Assembly: GCA_002269645.1 (NCBI GenBank)
Contig: NIVC01000594.1
Span: forward strand, 372,001-436,000
Reading direction: 5' to 3'
DNA length: 64,000 nucleotides
From: Macrostomum lignano
Lineage: Eukaryota
Shown here: positions 10,649 to 22,327 of the stretch, one piece after another
How the letters are laid out: each line of letters opens with the position of its first letter
Position numbering within the stretch: position 1 is the stretch's first letter
Position numbers and translations under genes: made by a program
The notes under the pieces: generated by a model
The model's input: the letters and a program-made list of their open reading frames with translations, nothing else
Database searches by the model: none
What the model was told of the DNA's origin: nothing

Positions 10649-13459
10649 CTGGCCAAGCTGCGGCTAGACTGGCGGAGCATCATGGCGCAGGTTCACGCCG
10701 TCCACGACTCCGAAGACATCGGCAGCATCGTCAAGGAGTTCGCACCAGTCTTCGAGGACGGCCTAGGCGAGTTCCGGCACGGCCAGGTGCGGCTTCAAGT
10801 CTCCGAGGACGCTCAGCCCAGGTTCTTCAAGGCGCGGCCGGTCCCCTACGCGCTGCGCGAGCGCGTCGACGCCGAGCTGCAGCGCATGGAGTCCAGTGGC
10901 ATCATCACCGCCGTGAAGCACAGCGACTGGGCTGCGCCGATCGTGCCGGTCGTCAAGAAGGACGGCAGCGTTCGGATTTGCGGAGACTACAAGCTGACAT
11001 ACAACGCGGCGAGCAAGCCGGAGCACTACCCGCTGCCCCGCATCGAGGACCTCTTCGCCAAGCTCGGCGGCGGCTGCAAGTGGACCAAGCTCGATCTGTC
11101 CAACGCCTTCTTGCAGCTTCCTCTAGCCGACGACAGCAAGGCGTTTCTCACCATCAACACGCCCAGAGGCCTCTTCCAGGTCAATCGCCTCCCATTCGGC
11201 ATAACGAGCGCCAGCGCGATCTTTCAACGCACCCTGGACACCCTGCTGGGAGCCCTGGATGCCGTCCAAGTCTTCGTCGACGACATTCTGGTCACCGGCA
11301 GCACCCTGCAACAGCACAAGAGGAACCTGGCGCTGGTCCTGCCGCGCTTGAAGGACGCCGGCCTGCGGCTCAACAAAGAGAAATGCAAATTCTTCGAAGA
11401 CTCTGTTGAGTACCTCGGCCATCGGATCGACTCCAGCGGACTCAAGCCGCTGCCGGACCGGGTCGCCGCCGTCCAGGACGTGCCAGCACCCAAGGACGTC
11501 AGCCAGCTGCGCTCGTTTCTGGGCATGCTAGCGCAGTACTGCAAGTTCCTGCCCAACTTGTCTACCGTCCTGGCGCCGCTCCACCAGCTCTTGGCCAAGA
11601 ACACCCGCTGGTCATGGGGGCCACCGCAGCAACAAGCATTTGCAGAGGCCAAGCGGCTGCTGCTCGAGTCCCCGGTTCTCGTGCACTACAATCCGAATCT
11701 GCCGCTGCCATTAGAGTGCGACGCCTCTCCCTACGGCCTGGGGGTCGTCTTGACGCACCGCATCGACGACAAGGACTGCGCGGTCGCCTTCGCCAGCCGC
11801 AGCCTAACAGCAGCGCAGCGCGGCTACTCCCAGCTGGACAAGGAGGCGCTGGCCATCATGTTTGGTCTGCACCGGTTTCACCAGTTCCTCTATGGCCGGT
11901 GGTTCACCATCGTCACCGACCATCTGCCGCTGCTGGGTCTGCTGGGCGAGCGCAAGGGCATTCCGGCACACGCGGCCGCCCGGATGCAGCGCTGGGCCAT
12001 TCGGCTGTCGAGCTACGACTACACGCTGGAGTTCCGGCCGACCGAAAAGCATGCCAACTGCGACTTGCTCTCGCGGCTGCCGCTGCCGCACCTGTTCGAG
12101 GAGGAGCCGGCCGTCAACTCGCTGCTGCTCGACGAGGGCTCCGGATCGGCCATCACGGCGCTGGCGGTGGCGCGGCACACTAGGACAGACGTCTCACTCG
12201 GTCGGGTGCTTCGCTGCTTGCAGACCGGAGCGCCCATCGGCGACGACCTGAGCGACTTCGCCCGGCGGCAGTCGGAGCTGTCAGTCGACCAAGACTGTGT
12301 CCTGTGGGGCGCAAGGGTCGTTGTGCCTACAGCGCTGCGTCGACGCGTGATCCAAGAGCTACATCAGGCGCATCCCGGCATCAGCAGAATGCGCGCCCTG
12401 GCTCGCAGCTACGTGTGGTGGCCCGGCCTCGACGGCGATCTGGAAGCTGCGGCCAAGTCCTGCCGCACCTGTCAGCTCAACCAGCCCGACCCGCCCAAGG
12501 CGCCGGTGCAACCGTGGCCTCTGCCATCCGAACCGTGGGAGCGCCTGCACATCGACTTTGCCGGTCCGGTCGACGGTCATACATACCTGGTGGTAGTCGA
12601 TGCTCATAGCAAGTGGCCGGAGGTCCAGCGGATGCGCGGTACAACGTCAACGGCCACCATCGCGGCACTGCGGGAGATGTTCGCGCGCCAAGGCATTCCG
12701 CGCACCCTGGTGTCCGACAACGGGCCGCAGTTCGCCTCCGCCGAGTTCGCCGAGTTTACCCGGGCCAACGGCATTCGTCACGTGTTCTCGGCGCCGTTTC
12801 ATCCCGCCAACAACGGCCAGGCCGAGAGGTTGGTGCAAGTCCTGAAGCGACATCTGCTCAAGAGCGGCCACTCCGACGTCGAGCTTCAGCGACTGCTGCT
12901 CAGCTACCGCAACACCCCACACAGCATCAGCGGCGCTGCCCCGAGTCAGCTGCTCATCGGCCGTCGGCTTCGCTGCCGCCTGGACCTCCTGGCACCGTCG
13001 CTGGCTGACGACGTCCAACGGCGGCAAGAGCGGCAGCTGCAGGGACGCAGACCAGCGCGCGAGTTTCAGCCGGGTGATCACGTCCTCCTCCGCGACTACA
13101 GCGCCGGCGCGAGAGCCGGCGACACGCCACGCTGGGCTGAGGGTGTCGTCACGGGCGCCGGCAGCCGCAACTACACAGTTGACTCGGAGCGAGGCCAGCA
13201 CTTCCGGCACGCTGATCAGCTGGTGGCAGCCCGCGCTGACTCCGCCGACACCGTCCATCCGCCGCCTGCTACGGATGACGGCGCCGCCCCGAGTGACAGC
13301 GGCGTGCAAAGCGCTGACGCCGCAGCCGTCGCCGACACGGCCTGCGGGGCGTCATCCGGCACTGACGACGAGCATGCGAGCGGCGTGCGACACGAGCCGG
13401 GCACTACACGGCGGTACCCACTGAGGGTTCGAGGCCCACCTCAGAGACTTCAGCTGTGA
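10649..13459 (+). CDS. pol: Pol (RT, RNase H, integrase), in frame with gag after the TAG
   Basis: RT PIVPVVKKDGSVRICGDYK, LPFG, FVDD. RNase H CDAS, KEALA, TDH. Integrase HHCC and HIDFAG / SDNG / GQAER (DDE). Confidence 0.95.
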   Translation: MAKLRLDWRSIMAQVHAVHDSEDIGSIVKEFAPVFEDGLGEFRHGQVRLQVSEDAQPRFFKARPVPYALRERVDAELQRMESSGIITAVKHSDWAAPIVPVVKKDGSVRICGDYKLTYNAASKPEHYPLPRIEDLFAKLGGGCKWTKLDLSNAFLQLPLADDSKAFLTINTPRGLFQVNRLPFGITSASAIFQRTLDTLLGALDAVQVFVDDILVTGSTLQQHKRNLALVLPRLKDAGLRLNKEKCKFFEDSVEYLGHRIDSSGLKPLPDRVAAVQDVPAPKDVSQLRSFLGMLAQYCKFLPNLSTVLAPLHQLLAKNTRWSWGPPQQQAFAEAKRLLLESPVLVHYNPNLPLPLECDASPYGLGVVLTHRIDDKDCAVAFASRSLTAAQRGYSQLDKEALAIMFGLHRFHQFLYGRWFTIVTDHLPLLGLLGERKGIPAHAAARMQRWAIRLSSYDYTLEFRPTEKHANCDLLSRLPLPHLFEEEPAVNSLLLDEGSGSAITALAVARHTRTDVSLGRVLRCLQTGAPIGDDLSDFARRQSELSVDQDCVLWGARVVVPTALRRRVIQELHQAHPGISRMRALARSYVWWPGLDGDLEAAAKSCRTCQLNQPDPPKAPVQPWPLPSEPWERLHIDFAGPVDGHTYLVVVDAHSKWPEVQRMRGTTSTATIAALREMFARQGIPRTLVSDNGPQFASAEFAEFTRANGIRHVFSAPFHPANNGQAERLVQVLKRHLLKSGHSDVELQRLLLSYRNTPHSISGAAPSQLLIGRRLRCRLDLLAPSLADDVQRRQERQLQGRRPAREFQPGDHVLLRDYSAGARAGDTPRWAEGVVTGAGSRNYTVDSERGQHFRHADQLVAARADSADTVHPPPATDDGAAPSDSGVQSADAAAVADTACGASSGTDDEHASGVRHEPGTTRRYPLRVRGPPQRLQL

Positions 13460-13475
13460 AGGGGAGAACTGACTC

Positions 13476-13485
13476 AGGGGGGAAG
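13476..13485 (+). other. Polypurine tract
   Basis: AGGGGGGAAG immediately before the 3' LTR. Confidence 0.85.
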
Positions 13486-13799
13486 TGTGACATTGTGGCG
13501 ATATGCTAGTGTATTTTTATTATTGCAATATTATGCTTTGTGCATTCTTAGTTAGTTAGTATTTGCGTGCGCGCTGATTGGCTAGTGTGTTTCAGTGCAT
13601 GTGCACTGCGTCGGGTTGTTTGCGTTTTACGCGTGGCTAGCATGGTGGGGTCTGGGCAGTCAGGCCAACCACCCTCTTTAGTCCTAGGGTTGATGAATAA
13701 GAATAAACAAGTCATATAAGAGCCCAGTTGTGTGTACTGGCTCTCCACGTGTAACTTTCCTACGCATTCACTACAAGCCTTTAGCTTCAATTTATTACA
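13486..13799 (+). repeat. 3' LTR
   Basis: Direct repeat of 9147-9460. Confidence 0.95.
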
Positions 13800-14187
<388 letters not shown>

Positions 14188-14440
14188 ACCTGCCTATAAC
14201 TGTCTATAAGTACATCTATACTAGTACATGCATATCGATCTATTTAACATTCTGCCTTGATCGATCAATTAAGATCAAAGCCAATATTTCTATGGCTGAG
14301 ACCAATGCAGATTCCCTCCCTCATCGAGTCCCTGATGATCATCCTTCAGTTTACATGTATGCAAACATTTTTGATTAAACACTGTCAGAGACCATAAGCA
14401 ACGCTTTACAGTATCAATATTAAGATTGGTATTTCACTAA

Positions 14441-14998
14441 ATGCCTGTCAACTTTGGCTACGTGTGGGAGCTGCACAAGTCCTGGCGGTTCAAGAAGTTC
14501 ATCCAGACCAGCGGGATCGAATCGTACTTGGACAGCCTGGGCTTCTGTCTGCAGCGAACTCCTCAGAATCACGAAATCTTGCTGGACAGCAAGGACTTTG
14601 TCACCATCCGCACGCTGAGTGTCTCACTTCACGAGGTCTTTCTGCAGTTCCACTTCGGTCGCAGCGACAAGGACTATCACAGCATCTACGGGCACCGGGT
14701 GGTGATGCTCAGAGTGCTGACCAACTGCAACAACGAAATCTCCTGCCTGACTTCCCCAGCTCTGAGCATGATCTATGCTAAGAGGACGGCATTCCAGAAT
14801 CAACGGATTGCCCTGCTGCTGACCCACATTGACTACAGGAGCCGGCACTGCCTGCTGCCCAGGGTGGCTAGCGTGGCCTGCAAGGTGTACTCACTGCTGA
14901 GCAATATTGACAGTGAGCACGGTGCCGAGGACCAGCTGATGGAGGATGGATCCAAGAGGGAGTCGGATAGGATGAACTACTCTGTCATCGGTTTTTGA
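14441..14998 (+). CDS. Uncharacterised 185-aa protein (possibly the last exon of a longer gene)
   Basis: Non-repetitive ORF with strong GC3 codon bias in AT-rich flanks; no family recognised. Confidence 0.6.
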   Translation: MPVNFGYVWELHKSWRFKKFIQTSGIESYLDSLGFCLQRTPQNHEILLDSKDFVTIRTLSVSLHEVFLQFHFGRSDKDYHSIYGHRVVMLRVLTNCNNEISCLTSPALSMIYAKRTAFQNQRIALLLTHIDYRSRHCLLPRVASVACKVYSLLSNIDSEHGAEDQLMEDGSKRESDRMNYSVIGF

Positions 14999-15364
14999 TT
15001 GATTATGATTGCAGATTTATTGATTGTTAAAAACTTAGCCCACACTAGGCAGTGTTGAATAAAATAAATGAAAAATATAAATCAAACTGTAGTTATCCTG
15101 ATCTCATTCATTAAGACGTTAATCTGAAAAAGATCTAAAGGATTATGATGTTCCGTTAGACATAAAAATCGGTGACTATTCTTTTTATTTGCGAGTAATG
15201 TTGTTAGAGCGTCTGGTTCTTTCGAAGAAATAGGGCTTTCAAAAAATCTGAAGGCACTAAGTGCCCATTACTGTCAATAATTCATATCTTAAGCAAGAGG
15301 TCAGCAAACTTTTTTACCTCAAGGGTCAGACAGACTTCCTGGAGCATGTCTGCGAGTCAGAGGA

Positions 15365-16105
15365 GGAAAGAGAGAAGAGAAAGACAAGATGGAAGACAAG
15401 AGTAAAGAAGAGAGAAGGGAGAAAGGAGAAAGGAGAGGCAAGAGAATAAAGGAAAGAGAGCAGAGCAGAGAGTAGAGGAGATGAGAGAAGAGAAGAGAAG
15501 AGAAGAGAAGAGAAGAGAAGAGAAGAGAAGAGAAGGGAAGAGAAGAGAAGAGAAGAGAAGAGAAGAGAAGAGAAGAGAAGAGAAGAGAAGGGAAGAGAAG
15601 AGAAGAGAGGAGAAGAGAAGAGAAGAGAAGAGAAGGGAAGGGAAGAGAAGAGAAGGGAAGAGAAGAGAAGAGAAGAGAAGAGAAGAGAAGAGAAGAGAAG
15701 AGAAGAGAAGAGAAGAGAAGAGAAGTGGAGAGGAGAGGAAAGGAGAAGACAGGAGAGGAGAGGAGAGGAGAGGAGAGGAGAGGAGAGGAGAGGAGAGGAG
15801 AGGAGAGAGAGAGGAGAGGAGATGAGAGAGAGGAGAGGAGAGGAGAGGAGAGGAGAGGAGAGGAGAGGAGAGGAGAGAGGAGAGGAGAGGAGAGGAGAGG
15901 AGAGGAGAGGAGAGGAGAGGAGAGGAGAGGAGAGGAGAGGAGAGGAGAGGAGAGGAGAGGAGAGGAGAGGAGAGGAGAGGAGAGGAGAGGAGAGGAGAGG
16001 AGAGGAGAGGAGAGGATAGGAGAGGAGAGGAGAGGAGAGGAGAGGAGAGGAGAGGATAGTAGAGGAGAGATTAGAGAGGAGATTCGAGATTCGAGAGAAG
16101 AGCGC
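15365..16105. repeat. (AGAAG)n/(AGGAG)n purine repeat
   Basis: Direct reading. Confidence 0.95.
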
Positions 16106-16197
16106 TGAGAAGAGATATACATTGAGCGGGCCGGACTGTGAAGTTTCAAAGGATCAGAGGGAGCGCCGGAGTTTGCAGACCCAGCTGCTTTCAGCGG

Positions 16198-19100
16198 TCA
16201 AGACGGCTTTTGTCTCAACTTGTCCTCAATTTTTTCCAGCCTCCTCTCCATCAATCTGGCCTCTCTGGCGGCAGCCAAATGCGGATCGCCAGGTGAGCCT
16301 GACTGACTGACAGGTGATTGACGATTAGGACTCATCGCTTGCAGTCTGGCTTCAATCTCGGCTAGCTGCTTGGCCTCTGAACTTCTCAGCCTGTACAGTT
16401 CGTAGTCTGTTTCGATTGGAAGCTCGGTTTCACAATCGCTGCTGTTGCTGTCGCCGTCCTCGCGAAGCAGGTTGGCGACTCGGGCCCTGTCATGGGCGGT
16501 CATCGGCACAGTTGCGTCTGCCCTCGCGGCTGCCAGCTGCAATTGTTAGTTCTGGCAATTTAGGTTAAGGTAAGGTTGGGGTTAGAGCTTGTGCCTAGAG
16601 CTTAGGGTTAGAGCTTAGGTTAGGGGTTAGGGTTAGAGCTTTGTGCCTTTTCGAGCTTGTGATGGTGGTTGCTAAATCAGTTTTCGACAATGTGACTTTT
16701 CGAGCTTGTGACTTTTCGAGCTTGTGATGGTGGTTGCTAAATCAGTTTTCGACAATGTGACTTTTCGACGATGTGACTTTTCGAGCTTGTGATGGTGGTT
16801 GCTAAATCAGTTTTCGACGATGTGACTTTTCGAGCTTGCGATGGTGGTTGCTAAATCAGTTTTCGACGATGTGACATTTCAAACTTGTGACTTTTCGAGC
16901 TTGTGACTTTTCGAGCTTGTGATGGTGGTTGCTAAATCAGTTTTCGACAATGTGACTTTTCGACGATGTGACTTTTCGAGCTTGTGATGGTGGTTGCTAA
17001 ATCAGTTTTCGACGATGTGACTTTTCGAGCTTGCGATGGTGGTTGCTAAATCAGTTTTCGACGATGTGACTTTTCAAACTTGTGACTTTTCGAGCTTGTG
17101 ATGGTGGTTGCTAAATCAGTTTTCGACGATGTGACTTTTCGAGCTTGTGATGGTGGTTGCTAAATCAGTTTTCGACGATGTGACTTTTCGAGCTTGCGAT
17201 GGTGGTTGCTAAATCAGTTTTCGACGATATGACTTTTCGAGCTTGTGACTTTTCGAGTTTGTGATGGTGGTTGCTAAATCAGTTTTCGACGATGTGACTT
17301 TTCGAGCTTGTGATGGTGGTTGCTAAATCAGTTTTCGACGATGTGACTTTTCGAGCTTGTGATGGTGGTTGCTAAATCAGTTTTCGACAATGTGACTTTT
17401 CGAGCTTGTGACTTTTCGAGCTTGTGATGGTGGTTGCTAAATCAGTTTTCGACGATGTGACTTTTCGAGCTTGCGATGGTGGTTGCTAAATCAGTTTTCG
17501 ACGATGTGACTTTTCAAACTTGTGACTTTTCGAGCTTGTGATGGTGGTTGCTAAATCAGTTTTCGACGATGTGACTTTTCGAGCTTGTGATGGTGGTTGC
17601 TGAATCAGTTTTCGACGATGTGACTTTTCGAGCTTGCGATGGTGGTTGCTAAATCAGTTTCCGACGATGTGACATTTCGAGCTGGCGACTTTTCGAGCTT
17701 ATGATGGCGACCCGCGCAGAGAGTGTACATGCCTAACGATAAATAAAGTTAAAGGGCCGCTGTGCACTCCTGTGTGAGCTGTGCATGTGCTCAGGAGTCA
17801 CCAGTGGAATTGGCGCCTGACCTCGCCAGAAGTCTGCGGCGCCAACCCCCCTTTTTTCTACGGCCCGGACCTTTGCGAACACAATTCTGATTGGCTACCC
17901 CTCTTATTTTTTATTAAAGGCACTTTAAGCGACATTGTCGTCACACAACCGGCGAGAGGCATTACTGCCCATTCCGCCTACTCCCCTGAGCAGGCACACA
18001 AGCGCGCGGATACGTACGCTGCAGTCATATGCACAGGCACACACTCACACAGGAGTGCACAGCGGCATTTAACTTTATTTATCGTTAGGCATGAACACTT
18101 CACTGCGCCTCGGGGGTTGGCCTTCAAGGGCGTTAATTGCACGAGCAGATCTAAGCCGAGATTCCAATTTAGCTCCAAATTAATGCGACTGCTCTTGAAT
18201 TCGAGCCTGGGCCGAAACACAAAGAAAACTGGTTATTTACGGCAACTTGAGGCCAAGGCTCTTAGAAGTCCCCTGTCGACCATCTTTGAAGCTGTGACTT
18301 TAGAGAAATGCACTGGGAATTTGATACTGCGGCTCTGACACGGCACCTCGAACACTTTCTAGCACTTTTAACTTTCCCTCGTTGTGACCAGTTGTCAAGC
18401 TTACTGAAATATTTCTCTGCACGAAATCTTTGCCATTGGTCAGGGCGGCTCTGGCGGCGTCGGCCACTGCCGCTACCCCAGTGCCATTGGCGCTGCGATG
18501 GCCTTTTTTGTGCCGCAGCGCCTCCGTGTCGTCACAGCTGGCTGCCCCGTCGCTGTCGTCGTCACCTCCAGCAAAGCTGGCTTCAGCGGATTTGGCGTCA
18601 AAGCTCGGGCACTCAGTTTGAAACACTGGCTGAGGTGGGTCAGACAGGTCTGACCCGGAATCGGCCGGGTCACCGACAGATCTTCTGTTCACTACAATTT
18701 GGGATTAAAGTTACAAAGGGTAATAAAAAACCTGATGCAGTCGGAAGTGACGATTTTTCCATAAGAATGTCGAAATGGACGTCAAAAAAAGATTTCGAAA
18801 TAAATGTCGGAATGGATGTTGAAATAGACGTCGAAATTGATGTCGCAAATGGATGCCGGAATAGATGTCTGAACACAGGGACTGCTTAAAAGTTACTTAT
18901 AAGTAGTCCCTGTCTAAGCATATGTGGAAATAGGTGTCGGAATGAAGATCGGAACTAAATGTCGGAGTGGCTACAATACAATCCAAGCGGTTCAATCTGG
19001 ATACCTGATCTATTCTGTCTTGCATCGCTGTCCATCAGGGCCAAAAATTTTGCGGAATTATCAGTCGCCTCGGTGGTAGTTCGACCTCCGCGTTTACCCC

Positions 19101-20343
19101 GGCCGCCGTCCATCTCGTCGAGCTCGTGACGAAGTCTGTCGTATACATTTTAGTCGATGCTACGAGCATAAAATATCCACATTATTGTAAACAATTATGC
19201 TCTACAAATTGCTTTCCTATAAAATCAAAATAAGAGAGGCAACCAAGCTATATGAATGACAGGGGGTCAAGTTTTGCCACCAGTTGGACGTGGCATCCAG
19301 TGGCCTAGGAGACAGGGGTAGGGGCGCCCACCAAGAGACAGGGGCGCCCACCAAGAGACAGGGGCGCCCACCAAGAGACAGGGGCGCCCACCAAGAGACA
19401 GGGGCGCCCACCAAGAGACAGGGGCGCCCACCAAGAGACAGGGGCGCCCACCAAGAGACAGGGGCCCCACCAAGAGACAGGGGCCCCCACCAAGAGACAG
19501 GGGCGCCCACCAAGAGACAGGGGCCCCACCAAGAGACAGGGGCGCCCACCAAGAGACAGGGGCGCCCACCAAGAGACAGGGGCGCCCACCAAGAGACAGG
19601 GGCGCCCACCAAGAGACAGGGGCGCCCACCAAGAGACAGGGGCGCCCACCAAGAGACAGGGGCGCCCACCAAGAGACAGGGGCCCCACCAAGAGACAGGG
19701 GCCCCCACCAAGAGACAGGGGCGCCCACCAAGAGACAGGGGCCCCCACCAAGAGACAGGGGCGCCCACCAAGAGACAGTGGTTGCCCACTAGGACACCAA
19801 ATATTGGCGCCTCTTATTGTTGCAGCCCCTCCCATCAAAATGTCAAAATGTCAAAATATCAAAATGTCACTGCCACAGGTCGCAAAGTCAGAGGCGGATG
19901 TAGAGCCATCCAGGCGAGTGCGTGTCTGCGTACGCATCCTGTCTGGTGCGGGCGCTGAAGCTAAAGATTTGCTATGGTCGATTTTGCGATGGCCCGAATT
20001 AGTGAGAACTATAACTTCGAAGTAAACGTCAAACCTGTTTAACCGGCACCAATAAGCGTGAAGCTCACCGCATCTCCAGCACGGCTCTGTTGCGCTTTGT
20101 TCGACGCTCTCTTGCGGCAGCCTCTCGGAGCTCGTAATCCAGGCGGGCGACCTCTTCGCTGGCCTCTTGGAACCGGGCCTCCCGCTCTGGCCGAAGTAAA
20201 TTCGCCATGCCGGGCGGCAGGTCCGACAGAGCCGCGAATTTCACAGCCTCACTGCGCTGACGGTAGGCCGCTGCCGCTGATGATGGGGCATCTGGCTGGC
20301 CTCTGCTTGCAGGCCGCTTTTGGTCTGTTTGCTTTTGGCGTTG
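16198..20343 (-). CDS. FSIP1: Fibrous sheath-interacting protein 1-like; exons 20343-20069, 19135-19005, 18691-18405, 16536-16198; first exon not found
   Basis: Phase-compatible splicing (2, 1, 0). Motifs NSAKFLAL, KDFVQRNIS-LAA...MTAHDRARVANLL, QLAEIEARLQ and PGDPHL...RRLEKIEDKL parallel recalled FSIP1 segments (NFIKRNIELA, KKRLVELL, QLAEIDIKLQ, PGEKIL, RLREIDEKL). Confidence 0.75.
16565..17715. repeat. Compound ~49-bp tandem array (GTGACTTTTCGAGCTTGTGATGGTGGTTGCTAAATCAGTTTTCGACGAT) preceded by degenerate TTAGGG and ending GGCGACCC; probably a non-autonomous DNA element
   Basis: Direct reading; lies in an FSIP1-like intron. Confidence 0.85.
17716..17800 (+). mobile_element. SINE internal fragment
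   Basis: GTGTACATGCCTAACGATAAATAAAGTTA...GGGCCGCTGTGCACTCCTGTGTGAG matches the SINE core at about 6487-6545. Confidence 0.7.
17905..18215 (-). mobile_element. tRNA-derived SINE copy, 5'-truncated
   Basis: Reverse complement matches 6342-6670 from the B-box region to a TTTAATAAAAA tail. Confidence 0.8.
19315..19778. repeat. 20-bp minisatellite (GGGGCGCCCACCAAGAGACA)n
   Basis: Direct reading; intronic. Confidence 0.95.
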
Positions 20344-22295
20344 CTGCGGGGGTTAAAATTATTATCAGAAAACTAGGAGAGGCTGCTAACATTTTACTTT
20401 TGGATGCATGTACATTTTTAAAATGTAATATTAAAACCATTTAATTCAGAAAATGAATTTTCTATAAGTTAAATAGAACTGCCTTACTGTCTGTAACAGT
20501 GGAGAATAGTACAAAACACTTTATACAGTTAGTTTTCGTTTCATAAAAAAACACAAAAAAGTTTCTGAACATTTATTTGTTCTTGATTTTTAACTGATGA
20601 AATTAATACACTGGTTTTAAATTATATTCTAAGTAATAAGTCTGGATTTTGTGTTGTTTAGTTCAAGTAACTATCATTGAGGTTGGCATCCCTTAGATAA
20701 CTATATGACCTAACTAGTTATATGATTTGCATTTAAGTTTATGAAGAAATCTTTTACAAGTATCGGTTAGAGGTAAGGCATAGGTTGAAGAGCAAAAAAC
20801 AGAAAAAGACGCTAGTAATGTTTAGATATTTTTCAACCTAAATTCATGAAATCAAGCCACATCAGTATCGTAGCGGTTATCAAATTGAGCTTTTCTTCAC
20901 CTTCAAACAAAACGTTAAACGCGAGAGTTCCGTAGATCAAAATGGTGCCACAACTCACAAGGACTCAATGCACGCTCCGCTAATTTAACAAAACATTGTA
21001 GCAACTTTACTGCTATATACACTTGCCAAATTTTAAAGCTATAGTGCGTGCTTATCTCTATATTTTTGTTTTTTTTACCGGTAAATTATGTTTAATTTAC
21101 TGACTACAATTCGTTTAAAAACATTTACCACGGTCGAGATTTACCGAGTTTTATCTCTAAATGTATCTACAAATGGTTTAAATGCAAACAGATTACTGTA
21201 ATTGTTGTTAGTTTCAGAAACCAGTTAAATTCAACTAGTAACATAGGATTTCTGTCTAAGATATAGATAAACTGCATATTTAGATCTACCAGCTTTACCT
21301 ATCTAATTTATTCTACAGAATGAAAAGGTAAAAGGTAAAAGGCTATACGGAAATTTTAAAACACGTTGGTATTAGCTGTTTTAAACAAACCATACGTTTC
21401 AGCGCATTTTTAATAAACAGAAAGGTCTAGTTTTATATGATTACGTATCTAAATAATTTTAAAATTAAATATTTTCTAGAATATACTACACTTCTTTAGG
21501 CATTAATGATGCTAATAGCAACAGTTGTAGCACTAAATTAACTGCATTTGTACTGCGTTTATGTTAATTGATTGGCTTTTAGACTATAGCTATTTAATCC
21601 ATTGGGTCATAACTGTCCTTATCATAGGCTGAAGGCATATCTACGCCAGTCCTTTTTAATAGTTTTGCTTTTTTGAAGCAATCTTTTTTCTATAAATATT
21701 TTTATTTATAATCGCTCTTTACTTCTTTCGTCATTTTGCTTCTGAATAACTTTCTTCTTGTTTAAGAATTATTAATGTGGACTGTGAAGTAGTCTAGAAT
21801 GTTAAATGGAGGTGTGCAAGTCGCATTTTTTTAAAATAAATAGTATATCATGGTTATCTCTGTCAAATATAGTGCTACATGTCGGTCAGATATTGTATCA
21901 AGTCAAGAATATTAAAACTTAAGAAATAATGAAATATAATAAATAGGCTGTAAATGTACTGTATGTACTCATATATATTACAGAATATTTTGTTTGACAT
22001 AAAAGTATATATTTAAAAACATTGTTCTGTGTTTCCCTGTGGAGTAATAGTTTGAACTTGAAATTAGTTCTTGAGCATAGAAAACAACCAGTATTTTTGT
22101 TTGAAGACAGGCCTTTTTAGAAGAACCTAAGAAAATAATTTTTTATTATTTTTTAAGCATTATTAATTTTTTAAGCATTAAAAAACTAATGCTTGACTTC
22201 TTACGTGAAAAAATTAAGGCACACCATTTTTAAGCATTATCAAACATTTCAATTCATGCTTTAATAGTGCAAAAACTAACTCCTAGGCCCAAAGC

Positions 22296-22313
22296 GTAAA
22301 CCATCGTAAACAA
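22296..22313 (+). promoter_or_regulatory. Paired forkhead-type motifs (GTAAACCA, GTAAACAA)
   Basis: 15-30 bp upstream of the MGCGSS ATG; short motifs that could occur by chance. Confidence 0.3.
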
Positions 22314-22327
22314 AAATCACAAGCAGC

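Noticed and set aside
9594-13424. Many overlapping and antisense ORFs within the retrotransposon
   Set aside because: Expected by-products of GC-rich coding sequence; no motifs recognised
14441-14560. PUB-domain assignment for the 185-aa ORF
   Set aside because: Only a vague resemblance (GIESYLDSLGF), insufficient without a profile search
16565-16640. True telomere or chromosome fusion site
   Set aside because: Only a few degenerate TTAGGG units inside an intron; TTAGGG in the 51.4-52.1 kb monomer is likewise incidental
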